The translations under genes were made by a program, and so were the position numbers. Below are positions 48,235 through 61,390 of a stretch of DNA of 64,000 nucleotides, piece after piece. The notes beneath the pieces were generated by a model. The model was given only the letters and a program-made list of their open reading frames with translations, ran no database searches and was not told the DNA's origin. Numbering within the stretch: position 1 is the stretch's first letter; each line of letters opens with the position of its first letter. This DNA is from Takakia lepidozioides (taxonomy: Eukaryota; Plantae; Bryophyta), in assembly GCA_030704615.1 (NCBI GenBank), contig CM060733.1:34844001-34908000 (forward strand). Direction: 5' to 3'.

Positions 48235-48940
48235 TCCGCTACTTCAACTCGGCAAAAGCTTGGCCACAAAAGGTGTTCCATACCCATACCTTGAACTTAC
48301 ACAGAAGGTCTGACAGTGGCCCCGCGATCTTGGCGAAATTTCGCACATACTTTCGGTAATAGGAGGCGAGTCCTAGGAAGGATCGCACTCCCAAGACCGA
48401 AGTCGGAGGCTCCCAGTCCAAGATCGCCCTCACGTTTCTGTCATCCATTTTGATCCCATCCTGTGTAATCACATGCCTTAGGAACTCCACTTTTGTGACC
48501 CCGAATTTGCACTTTGAAGCTTTGGCATACAACTTCCCTTCCTGCAATTTTTGGAACACTCTTTTGATGTGCTCCAGCTGCTCTTCCTTTGTTTTCGAGT
48601 TTATCAAGATGTCGTTGATGTACACGATCACAAAGTCATCCAACCACTCCTGGAAAAGGCTGTTCATTAGCGTGCTAAAGGTTACGAGTGCATTGGTGAG
48701 CCCAATGGTGAACCCAAAAGGCATCACCAAGAACAAATATGAACCATATCTTGTTCTGCACGCGGTCTTCTCCTCATCACCTTCCGCCACTCGGATTTGA
48801 TGGTAGCCGGAGCGCAAATTGATCCGGCTGAAATACTTCACTTCTGCCATCCGATCGAAGAGGTCGTCGATCCTTGGCAAAGGGTACCGGTTTTTTATAG
48901 TCACCTATAATCGACACACATCCGCAGCGTCCTATCCTTC
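48235..48940 (-). pseudogene. Ty3/gypsy reverse transcriptase fragment
   Basis: NRYPLPRIDDLFD, LRSGYHQIR, FLVMPFG, VYINDILI, RSFLGLASYYRKYV. Confidence 0.9.
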
Positions 48941-49169
48941 TTAACACAGTGACATACTACAGATCATATCTGAATTGCCCTTTGTGGATTCCAGTGAAAG
49001 ACTATTCATGGCGGACATGATATTCCTATCGATGGAACGTGAACTGACACTTGAACAGACTATGACTGGAGTCACCTGAATGACAAACTATCCATGCAGC
49101 TTGACGTAAGACTAACAAATCTGCCATGGCCAAGACAGCTAGGCACAAGAACAAAAGTAGGTGTCCATA

Positions 49170-49322
49170 CCCATGCAGAGTTGTGGATGCAAGCAGGATC
49201 AGGCTCAAGATCATCTTTGGCAACTATGAACAAGCAAGGCACCTCAAACCCATTGATCTCCCCATGTGCTGCCACCTTAACCAATAACTCTGTAGCATGC
49301 TTCCATGATGCCTCATCCAAGC
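49170..49322 (-). pseudogene. Isolated exon fragment of mitochondrial Rho GTPase (MIRO)
   Basis: SWKHATELLVKVAAHGEINGFEVPCLFIVAKDDL resembles the second GTPase domain of plant MIRO. It is followed by a GT donor. Confidence 0.7.
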
Positions 49323-49819
49323 TGCCATGCCATACCATCCAGGAACATTTCCTCTCAGCCCCTTTATCCAGATGTATTAGCCCTCGCTCTCTTCTGCTAG
49401 AGGAGCAGTCTGAAATCAACCTCACAACTCCTAAACAATGGACATAAATCCACATTCAATTCCCTTGGGAATTGAATTGCAATGGCAATTTGGGTCTAGT
49501 CTCATATATCTCGGTGGACTGAAACATCGCAACCAGCTCTAGGGTGTTATCTGGAATAGAGCCTTAAATGGTATATCAGAACCAACAGTTTCAGGGAAAT
49601 GGTAAGTACCCCCCATCTCTCTCCAACGATAATGAAAAATCAAATGGCATTCACCTTTTTGTCTCCATTGTCCTACCATTGACTGGGGTTAGAAAAATGT
49701 TCATTCCAACGCTTCTCCTCATCTCTATTATCTGTTTTTGGATACTTTCATGCTGCCACATCAGCATAATCTTGTCAAAGTCACCCCAAACAACGACAGA
49801 TCCATCCAACGAGCTAACT

Positions 49820-50990
49820 TCTTGCGCCCATGTTGTGCATATCATGCAAGCATCGCGGTCCATGACACCACATCTCGTTCAGCCATAATTATTGAACACT
49901 CCCTCCGCATCCTCAATGCTCCCACATTTGGCATACATGTCCACCAGGGCAGAGTTCAGAATGACATTGGGTACAATTCCAGCCTTGCCAATGTCACCAT
50001 GGACCTCTTTGCCCTTTTCCGGAGCTGCCAGGCTTGCACACGCACTGCAAATGCACACAAACATGGTGTGGTCACCCCTTCCCCCATCATTTGCTCATAG
50101 GTCTCCAAAGCCTCCATCCCGCGCCCCTGCTATGCATACCCTGCAAGCATCGCGTTCCACGACACCACATCTCGTTCAACCATAGTGTTGAACACTCTTT
50201 TCGCATCCTCAATGCTCCCACATTTGGCATACATATCCACCAGGGCAGAGTTCAGAATGACATTGGGTACAATTCCAGCTTTGAGAATGTCACCATGGAC
50301 CTCTTTGCCCTTTTCCAGAGCTGCCAAGCTTGCACATGCATTAGCGCAAATGCACACGAACATGATGTTGTCAGGCTTCACCCCTTCCCCCATCATTTGA
50401 TCATAGATCTCCAAAACCTCCATCCCACGTCCTTGTTGTGCATACCCTGCAAGCATCGCCTTCCACGACACCACATCTCGTTCAGCCATAGTGTTAAAAA
50501 CTCCCCTTGCATCCTTAATGCACCCACATTTGGCATACATGTCCACCAGGGCAGTGTTTAGAATGACATTGGGTACAATTCCAGCTTTGACGATGTCACC
50601 ATGGACCTCTTTCCCCTTTTCCAGGGCTCCCATGCTTGCACGCGCATTGCAAACACCAACAAAGGTGATGTGGTTGGGCTTCACTGGCCCTTCGCGCAAC
50701 ATTTGCTCATAGGTCTCCAAAGCATTACCACGCCCATGTTGGTAAATCCTGCCAACATTATATTCAACGTGATCAAAGTTCGTTGAGGCATTCCGTTGAA
50801 CACTTGGTGAGCATTCATAATGCTCCCGCACTTGACATACATGTTCACAAGGGTATTGAGGAGAAAAACACTTGGCGTGAATCCACTTTGGATAATGTGA
50901 GTGTGCACCTGCTTTCCAACTTCCAGACCTTTCATCTTGATGCATTTAAGCAAGAGACCGCATCTGCTTCTCTCTGTAATCCGACAGGCA
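49820..50990 (-). pseudogene. PLS-class PPR pseudogene
   Basis: Repeated LEKGKEVHGDI.KAG..PNVILN.ALVDMYAKCG.I.DA..VFN.M.ERDVVSW, with stops and frameshifts. Confidence 0.9.
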
Positions 50991-53900
50991 TTTACCTTAG
51001 TCTCCATTGTCCCACCATTGACTGGGGTCCGAAAAGTGTTCATTGCAAAGCTTCTCTTTATCTCTGTTATTTGTTTTTGGTTACTTTCCTGATGCCACCT
51101 CGGCAGTAACTTGTCAAAGTCACTCCAAACCACCACAGATCCACCCAAAGAGCTAACTTACAATTTTTTTTTGGGGGGAGGATGTGATGATGGGATTCCC
51201 CCTTACCTGTTTTTCTACCTTAGATGAATGGAGGGTGGAGGATAGGAGGATGAACAAGGGATGTAAAAGAGATGGACGGAGTTAGGATGTGGTCTGGATG
51301 AACTTCTACCTAATGCATGAGGATGAGCTGGCAACAACTTACGGCTTTATTATATGTTGTCTTATTCTAACAACTAGTTTAGGATTAGATTAGGATGGAA
51401 CTAGATGATGTGACTTCTTTCTATGGTCAGGCTGGAACAACATCTGGAAAGCCTATGTGTATGTGTCGCGTGGAACTAGGGTTAGATTACACCCTAATAC
51501 TATTTAAATCCCTCTGTCGTGGCAGAAAGGGTGGTTGTTTTCATCTTAGGTGTGTGCGTACTGAGCGTAACAATGTGCTTGATTGCTCTTATGAATGTTT
51601 TTGGATGTGTGAGTCTGTTGCGTCCTCTTCGTGAGATTCCGTCTTCTCTGCCAAGCTCCCCTATCAACTACATCCCCCTTGTAGAGCCTTGTCCGGTAGA
51701 GGAAGGGGAATAAACCCATAGCTCCAGAATCATGGGGAGATGCGGGGTAAAGAATGTCGTTAACAGTGCAAAATGACGGCTTGTATGTTTTGTGCAGTGA
51801 GGGAGAGAGAGAGTCTGTCTGCATTTTGAAATTTTCGTGAGCAAGCACGATGGCCTCCATTACATCGACTGTGAACTCGTCCACCACCTTTTGCCAGAGT
51901 AGATAGTGTTCGTTGATTACCCGGAGGGCGAGCCTCTCCCACGTCCTGAGCTTCCGCTGGACACACCCTCCGAGTTTTGGGCTAAGACCTTCGAGGAGAC
52001 TGCTCGCAAGGAGGCTTCCAGAGCCATACACACCAGATCGGAGCGCAGAGAGCAGAATCGCCGCATTCACGAGTCTCTTTAGGGGGCTTATGTTGTGCGT
52101 CTCCTTCTCAAACTTCATTCCAAGGAAGTTTCCCTACAAATACCCCTTGCTAGTGCTAAGGAGCAGTTGGGACGGGGTGAGACTCTCAGCTGGGCAGTAT
52201 TGGGCATTCCCCAGTTCTCTGTGAGTCGGGAATTGGGTGTCGAGCTTGAAAGCTTCCTACCGCCTGGCAAACCAAGCCCCCTGCGTTTGTGGGAGTGAGT
52301 TAAGGGTGGTACCTCTATTCTTCTTGCTAATTTGAGGCCTAGGATTCCGCCCACCCCTACCCGAGAGCTCACTTGGGAGGACCGGATCACGGGCATTCCA
52401 AACACTGATTTTCCCTTTTGTCCCAATGATGTAGTGATTTTCCCAGGGATTTGCTTCCGTCGGGAGACGGTGGGGATATACAACGCTGAGGCAGCAAAGG
52501 AGTATCCTACCCATACTCTGTTGGTGAAGGAGAAAATCATGCGCAACATTGTGCAGGTTATCTTCTGGCTCAAGGGTGAGAAAGAGCTGTGGGGATTCTT
52601 GGGTGAAGGAGTGTACCTGCTACACAAACACCGCTTCATCACCTCTCACTGTGTGACTGGCTGGGACTCGCAGCTCAGTGCCCCTTCTGACAGGTAGTGG
52701 GTACTAAAGGAGGCAGAAGAGATTATGGGACTAAGTGAGTTGGAACAACATGCAGCGGAGGAGAGGGGGGAGACAGCAGCTAATGAACCAAAGAACTGTG
52801 AAAGGGGAGAGTCGTCCGGAGATTTCAAACAGAAGGATCCGGCGGCTGACTCTCCACCCACCTTTGATGTGGAAGAATTATGCGAAGCTATGGGGGTGAT
52901 TTCCAATTGCCCCCCTTTCATGAAGATGTTGCTAAGACAGACATGGGCCTCTGATGCCCCTTCTCAAAAGTCTAATCCTGGTGAGCGAATGCATAAGCAA
53001 CAATACCCTGAATTCAACTTAGGGGAAGATTTTGAGTCCTTGTTGGAATTTTTTGAAATTAGTACTGAAATGAATGGTGTACCAACAAGATTCCAAGTAA
53101 AATCTTTTCGGATTTGTCTCAAAGGAAAAGCCAGGCAGCTGTTTGAGTCCAACATCAAAGACAAGCACGATCTGACTTGGGTAGCTCGGCAAGAGAGTTG
53201 GTTCGGAAGCTTTTTCGTGAAGAAAAGCCCATTGCCTATACTATACCAGACTTAAAGTTTCATTATGGTGACAGTGTGTGGAAGTACTACTCTAATTTAA
53301 GGATTGTTATCTGTAAGTCGGTCCTAATTGCCTCCGAACGACCAGCTATTTTGAAACATTGCTTTGTGAAAGGTCTTCCCCCTGCTGAAATAGTAATTCT
53401 GCAAAAACAAACTTATACTACTGAGGATGAGATGGTGGAATTGATTGAGGAAAGATTATGTCTCAAAGCTGCCAAGGCAGGCCTATCTAAAGCTACCAAC
53501 ACAAAACACACTCATCTGGCTAGTGATAGTAATCGTGTAGAGCATACTGATGGGGGCCTTGGGGTGAAACGTATTGCAGAAGATCTGGTCCCTTCCATTG
53601 TGCATGAGTTGTCATCTTTTCGTAATGAAATCCAGGGAGAACTTCAAGCCTTCAAAGCCGAGGTAGGCTCGAACTCTGCAGTCCCTGCCAAATCTGGGCC
53701 TCCAGGTAAGATCCATGCTGGCCTTCGTCATGAAGCCAGGACTTCCGTGGTGGCATGCATGATCTACAAGTCCACTAAGCATTACACCAGGTGGTGCCCT
53801 TACCAATCTAACTTACCTGCTCTGATTGAACAGCTGCAAAGAGACAAAAACCAGAAGGGTACTTTAAACGAACAATGTCATCTGGGAGGGTGCCAGATGA

Positions 53901-55082
53901 CCATGGTAAGAACCCCAAAACAATGGTAAGTGTTGTTCTCTCTCACGATTTCAAACTCATGCACTGTGAGGCCTATAAACGCATTAGTAGGGACCGGATT
54001 CACCCATTGATGACACAATGTCATGTGGGCCAACTTTCCTTTCTTTGTGTTATTGATACTGGATGTACCATGTCTGCCATTCCACTTAGTATAGTTTGAA
54101 TTCTTGGATTAAAAAAATAGCCCTGCCCGTGGCCTTGAAGTTACCATAGCTGATGACACGGCATATGAACCCATAGGGTTGGTCACTTTGCCTATTCACA
54201 TTAGTGGGAAAACTGTCTTGCTTACCTGCATTGTTACCATGGGTGAACAAATTTTATTGGGGCTGGATTGGATGAAGGGTGCAGAGGCCAGCATTGACAT
54301 CATGAACAATCTTATGTGCCTACATAATGGTGAGGGGCAACCTTACAAAGTGAGTCTGAGCCATGATACTATTACCGCCGGGACCTCTATAGCCAACTAT
54401 TCTCGTCTCAAGCTTCAAGCTGAGCAGATGAAGGAGCAGGTGGGTTTGTATTATAATTGGGTCAGATTCAGCCAGTTTCAACCACCTGGTGATAATCTGT
54501 ACCTGAGAATATACAATATCACTCACAGAGTGGTTATGTGAGTGGATGACGTCTCTCAGCAGGTCATTGGAATGATTACCCACAGAGTGGTGTGTAAGCT
54601 ATTTGAGTCATTCATGGTGTCTCTTTGAGTGGGAACTATGGATTGGAGTCATTACTAATAGAGTGGTGTGTAAGTGATTAGGAATACCACTGGAGGAATT
54701 CATACCACTAGTACAGTAATATATATGTGACTACTTATACCACTATACAAGTGGTAATGTAGGCAATTGTGTGCATTTAGCTACTCCCACAGTTTTAAAT
54801 TATACCACTATTACAGTGATGTGCAAGTGATTATGAACATGACTAGAGGAACACATACCACGAGTGTAGTGTTTAAAGAAATACCATTGGGGATTCAAGC
54901 TCCACAAAATAGAATAGAATCCCAGAGAGTTAAGTATTGGAACACTGTCAACAAAATCCAGCCATGATTAAAGTACTAAGCCTAACTTCTACACGGCGTC
55001 TCCGCATGTATGCTAGGAACACTCAACTGCTTTCATGCCTTCTTCTCATTGCCAGCAATGTCTATGCCCGAACGAACGAAAT

Positions 55083-55358
55083 CTAAGCCCTCTTCATGTT
55101 CTTCTCTGGCCAAAGACAATTCAGACCAACGACATCCTCCAACATTGTTTGCAGTGGGACCTCTTCCTCGTTAGGGTGAGGCAAGACACAATTGACAATA
55201 TAGATATCATTCACCTCAACCCGCCACAATCCCTCAGGTATAACACGGCAGTGATATGTATCTTTGTCAGGCACACCGGTGACAATTCCACTGGCAGCCC
55301 TGTGTCGTGGTAAATGAGGATCATACAGGCTGATTTTGTCCTTCAACTTAAACTGCAC
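55083..55358 (-). pseudogene. CACTA TnpA/Tnp1-like C-terminal domain fragment
   Basis: AASGIV..YHCRVIPEGLWRVEV..LPHP..LEDVVG..LWP fits the En/Spm Tnp1 C-terminal pattern. Confidence 0.65.
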
Positions 55359-55996
55359 ACAACACCCACCATAAAACTCACATTAATCAACCCATGAAGA
55401 CATACATGTACATTGAAAACTAGATAATGAGGACAGCCTAGTATAAGCAATCACTGAAAGTGTAGAGTACTTTTGGTAGCATAAGAATATCTGCCACTGT
55501 AGCAGGGGGTTGATATTTGGGGTTACATTTGAAGGCGCCGCAGTTGGTGCACTGTGGGTGGCAGTATTAAGAGCGGCTTTCTCAGCCTGCAAACATCACA
55601 CCCAACACCCTTAGCAGTTTCATTTAGCAATGCAGCTACTAATAGTTTGAAGTACCCAACATGTAAATGGCCACATTGTACAGAACTGATAGCCAACAGG
55701 TCCATGCATACTCACCTTTAGTACGGAAACTGCTGCATGGAGAGGTGCCTCCTGAAAGCCCACCTGACTCTTACTCCCACTAGAACTTGGTGTTATGTCT
55801 CCATTTGCATCAGTCAAGGACTTTGTGCCTTTGGCAGCAGTGGCTCTGGTTACACGCTCTCCTTTTCGCATGTACTTCTTCTCAGCTCCCTTCACGATGG
55901 CTGGGGTAGGGTCCTTTGCTTTAGTCCCCTACTACATGCCAACAAAACAATAAGGTATAGTACATGAGTACGTCTTACCATACTTGATGCATAGAA

Positions 55997-58900
55997 CACT
56001 ACAACAGATGAGCGTTTTAATGACTGCACATATGACTATTTTTTCAGTCCTATATGTGTTCATGACTATATCACTCTGCAGTGAAAAAAGCCATGTCATA
56101 GCGACTAGTCTTTAGGACTGCGTTTTGCAAGTCATAGCCGTGACTGTGTGCGTGGCACCTGGAGTCATGCTGTAGAGAGGATGTAGTCACAACTATATGA
56201 TTTATATATGACTAACTATATGACTACATGTCTACAAAGTATAACTCCATTGGAGAGGCGTTAGAGAGACATATGTAGCACTCCGGATGTGACACGTGTT
56301 CACATGGACAACATATATATAACCCACACGTGGGAAAGAATATCATATCATATAATGCCACGTTGCCATGATGTAGTCATGAGTATATAACTTCATGACT
56401 AAAGAGGTTTTTTAATAATATTTTAATTTAATAAATTAAATCATACATAATATTTAGATTATTAATTGATTTAAATTCTCATTAGGTATCTAGGAAAATA
56501 GAATGGAATCCATTGTTGTCTTTTTTTATTATTTTTATTTTTGTTAACAAAGAGGGACAGTGGGGACAGTGGCCTCTAGAACTTTATAGGTAATGGACAT
56601 AAAATGTCCTTGGATACAAAGAGGAAAAATAACCTCTGGATAGAGTGCCATAGAGGCTGAAAGAGGAAGACACAGCTTCGCGTACCAAGACAAGAAAGAG
56701 TAGTAAGAAGGAAGGCAAGCAAAGAAGGGGGTCTGCATAGAGCTAAAGAGTCTAGCAGGAAAAGAGACTGCAGCCAGAAACTACTGCCATAACTTGGAAA
56801 CAGAAAGGCACCGAGCTAAGGAGAAGAACTGAAATCAGCTAACAATGTCATAAGAAAGCTGGGCCCTAGGCCTAGCCCTCCACTTCCTAAAAGATCTACA
56901 GATAGAGAGACATCCCTGCAGGGGTCGTGCTCTTCAGCTCAAGACCAACCAATTGATCATCTATCCATGCAGGGTTCTTGTAGCTATCCTTCCACAGGGA
57001 ATCATATGTAATCTGGATATTGAAATCCGGCCCTCTTGGATGAATCTGGACCCATGCACTCTATCCCTGCTCCTTCAGCTATCCATGCCTCTGCACAAAT
57101 CATGTATATATGTATCATGTATCAGAGGATGAGAGAGAGAGAGAGAGAGAGAGAGAGTCATTACCATGTCACATTCCCAATCTTTGGGGGGAGCTTAAGA
57201 ATACAGTTCGTAATCAAAAAAGCCCTTTAAAAATACTGGCTTGGTAATTCTTGGGTTCAAATAGCTTAAACAAGTATGTTATAAGCTCAACAGGTCTTTG
57301 AGAAAACCATTCCAGCAGGCCTAAGAGTGAGAGCTTTGATGAAAACAATTTCTTATTACAGCTTTAAAGGACTTGTATGTTCCTAAAAGCACAAGCTGAA
57401 CTGATTGTACTTCCATAAGTAGATGCAGGGCTATGGTATGTATCCCAGGGCCTTATCCAGTCACTCTGCCAAGTTTTAGAGAGATCCTCAAAAATACCAG
57501 TCTGTAATCACGTTATAATCTCCATGGGGGAGCCTAAAAGAATATATGTGTTCTTAAAAAGGCTTACCCAATGCCTTACTTAATACATTCTAAAATGGTG
57601 AGGCATAAACAACACTGTCTGACTCTCCAAAAGGCCAGAAAACAGGTCTGGAAAAATGCATCCAATGTCACACTTGCATCACCAAACCCTTGTCATCACA
57701 ACCAGCCCAAACCTTCACAATAAGGTCTGATTTCTAGGAGGCCCAGCCCATTTACTTCCCTGACTTAACAGATTTGGTTACCAAGAACCAGAAATCAAAG
57801 TAAAGGTTTAAGGCATATCCCCCTTGAAGCAGAAAATTGCAACAACGGCAGCTTGCAGCATATCTTATCCCTCCTGCAATAACCAGATCATCTGCAAGCC
57901 AAAGAGTTCATGCCAAGTGAAATCCCTCACATGCGCCCGTCCCAAAAACAAACACAAAAAATGTTTTGTGCGTTAGTGAGGATGCGCGAGGTGAATTACA
58001 GGATTTCACAGTTGCTATCCATGTCAGGTATGAGCCATAAAGCATGCAAAGATCACAGAACCAGCAGAAGAAAACATAGATGTGACACCACAAAGAACCT
58101 CAATCTTTTGTGGAGTAGGACGCTGAAGTGTACATCATCTGAATTTGAACGAGCACAACAGAATGCAACGGGAGGAGAGTTGAGGACAGGTTGTATCTTG
58201 TAATACAGGCCGCTTCCCCACCTCCATAACCGCCGCTACTTCATCAATGAGGAAAAAACGTAGGCAAACATAACAGTATGTCATTTGCCATAGCGGGAGA
58301 TGAAAGTGTCTGCCGTCATCGCGCGTTCAAAAAACAAGAATACACCCGTTCGGATCTTGCTGCTCGGGCATTCAGCCGCCATCGAGCATTCGTCCGCCAT
58401 CGCCCTCTTCCAGAGAAAAAAAACACGCACGATATCGTGCTGTGTCTAGGGCAGAGAGACACTTGAAGGAAAACCACCCGCGATTTCATCCACCATCCGG
58501 TATGGATGGTATTAGACCAGGATGAAAAATGGGCATTCAATAGGTTTAAATCAAAGGAGCATAACCCTAAAATGCATTGAAATGCATATCTGCCTGTAAA
58601 TCATCCAGTTATGGTTATAACAGAAATTTCATTCAGTATGGATGAAACCTTAAAAACCCTCTTGGATGAACCTGGACCTCTATCCCTGGTCCTTTAGCTA
58701 CCCCTGTCTGTGTACAAATCATGAATACTTGCTGCTAGCAGCTGACACTGACGGCGTGAAGTTCTTCCAGCAAACCCCAACCCTAATTATTACAGTAGTT
58801 CTAATTCTAAATTGCATCTACTTCTCTCTAGTGTAGTCCAACATGCATTCACCTTTTTGTCTCCATTGTCTCGCCATGACTGGGGTCGGAAAAGTGTTCA

Positions 58901-60160
58901 TTCCAAAGCTTCTCCTCATCTCTATTACCTGTTTTTGGATACTTTCATGCTGCCAAACAGAGCAAAACAGGCTGAAATAGGTCAAAGAAGAAGGTATCCT
59001 CACCACATTGTCCTTTACCTTGTATCATGACCCATAGAGGATTTGACCGACCATCAGCCCAAAAGGACCCCTTGTGTGTGCTGCTTGTATCTGTAGTCAG
59101 GTAATGTTGGATTGGTATGTGAGATCGATCCACCACGGTGCAGCTGAGCATGCAGAGATTGAAACACGGCCTGCTAAGACCAAGCTGACTCTCCCAAGAA
59201 CGGCGAGCGTCTCCTCGTCTCGTCTCTCTCCCAAAAACGGCGAGCTCACAAGAATGTTGGGATCTTCTCCTCATCTCCTCTCCTCCTCCTCTTCACCTTC
59301 CTGCATCATTTGCTCAAGAGTAGGAAGGTCTGCAAAGCCTCCATCCCACGCCCCTGCATATCCTACAATCATCGCGTTCCATGACACAACATCAAATAGA
59401 TGATAAAACGCAGGAGACAAAAAAGCCTAAGTCCCAGCCCGGTGTAAAGTTCGGCGGTGTAATCTTAAACTGTTAGATCTTAAACAATCTAGACCATTAG
59501 ATCCTGTAAAATCTAACGATTCAAAATAATTTCCATCACATGATCTAACCTTGTACAACCACATATTTTAATCTCATATATCTTGCGATCCTTGTTAAGC
59601 CACGTCCATCCAGGTCCAATTTATTGAACAGATATCAAATCGAACACCGTATAGGCGGATGGATGAACCCATCCATTGAATGAATTCATTAATGTATATG
59701 CCTTTTAAATGACATGTGTAGTGATGTAGTCATATATATAGAGTTATGAAACAATTTGCAGTAAGGGACTCATAAGTTTACATGTCATGTCATCGATGGA
59801 TAAACTCATCCAATGGATGAATACATTCATGTATGTGCTTTCAAAATGACACGTGTAGGGATGTAGTCATATAAATAGAGCTGTAAAACCATCTTCAATC
59901 ATGGAGTCACAAGATTCCATGAAACGTCGTCCACGTCTAGTCAAACATATCACACTAGTCATAAAACCATCCTTGTCATCATGGTCAACAATGTTTGACC
60001 AATGCTCCCTAATTTTCCGGAGTCATGTAGTGATATCCATTACTATAAAGTGATAAAACTATGACTACAACGCATTTCAGCGTTCTGTAGTCGTGTACCT
60101 AGTGCCGTTTTTATGACTCCGCCAAATCCGTAGTCCTAAAAACGCTCATCTCTTGTAGTG
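55997..60160. mobile_element. Complete non-autonomous CACTA element nested in the outer CACTA
   Basis: TIRs CACTACAACAGATGAGCGTTTT and AAAACGCTCATCTCTTGTAGTG (1 mismatch). 3-bp TSD GAA on both sides. ATGACT subterminal repeats. Confidence 0.92.
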
Positions 60161-61267
60161 GAATTCATGGCACACACCAATAAAAGGGGGGCCTGCTCAC
60201 TGCCCACCAGCGGCGTTGCATGGAGGGTTCCAAGTTTGGGCACCTCCTTGTACCCAAGCTCCTTGGGGTCCTCCATTGGACCCACTTGGAATCCATCACC
60301 ACGTGTTCGTCGTCTGTGGAGGGGCCATGGGCTGCTACTAGGTAGGTGCTCCTTGCTGCAGCCACGTTTGCCCACCTTTGGATTGCACCCATGGGCCATT
60401 CGGGCCTTGTTGCACCCATGTCGTAGGTGGACCAGTAGCATTCGCCACAGCCTCAGTCCCCCCTTTTTTTGTGCGCTTTGATGCAGCCTAACACAAGCCC
60501 CTCCACCCCACAAAGTTAGCAATGATGGAAAATAAGGTCAACCGGGCAACAAACAAGGTCGGCAGTTCGTGAACGCATACAAACCTTGGCCCAACGTGCC
60601 AAGAAAAGTTTGGCATCCAATGGCGTGAATGCATGGAATGTCATGCTCTGGCGCCCTAGCAATGTCACACATTCATTCAGTATTAAAACCCTAACACATG
60701 TTCTAACCCTTTGAAATTTAGTCCAACTCGTAAGCCATTCATCTTTCTAACAAAGTTTCCAGGTCATTCACATTTAGGAAAGAACCAAGGTTTGATATAT
60801 AACATTTACCACCATATATGCAGATTGTAAACTCATCACAAAAGCAGATTGCAGGTTTGGAGATAAATCTCCGGAACTAGGCTCAAAGCATATCAGGTTC
60901 GAAATGAAACAATCAACCACTCATGCCTTAAGTTCACAAGCCAATCATAGTAGTAATAGGCTTGGTTATATAAACCAATCACCATCTCAGTCACTGTAAG
61001 CATATACATTTCATGAGCCATTCTCCAGCCTCTCCCTCACTCTCAATCCAGCCCCACACACTCCCTTCTCCATCAGTTCATCACTCCAAAGATCATTCCT
61101 CCGCCATACACCCCGGCCTCTTACTCACTTAGATTTACCCTAAACCTTGCTCGGTTCTACCTCTACCTCTGCTTTACACAAAACCCTACCCTAAACCCTA
61201 CACATCATGGAAATGCTCAATTGCTTCCACAATCTGAGATGAACTAAGGGTGAGATTGTATTCATAA

Positions 61268-61390
61268 GACATTGTTTGCCGTAGCCTTGTGACCATTGAC
61301 CCCGCGCCCAGTTTGAGCGGGAACAAAAGGAACAGAACCTACTTCTGTCAAGGGCTGACGTTGGTAGTAAGACTTACCTTCATATAAAGA
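61268..61390 (-). mobile_element. Short 3' fragment of the LINE family at 34385-36875
   Basis: Reverse complement of ~35590-35710. Confidence 0.85.

Noticed and set aside
50130-50945. Functional PPR gene
   Set aside because: Frameshifts and stops are present, there is no E/DYW end, and it is embedded in repeat modules.
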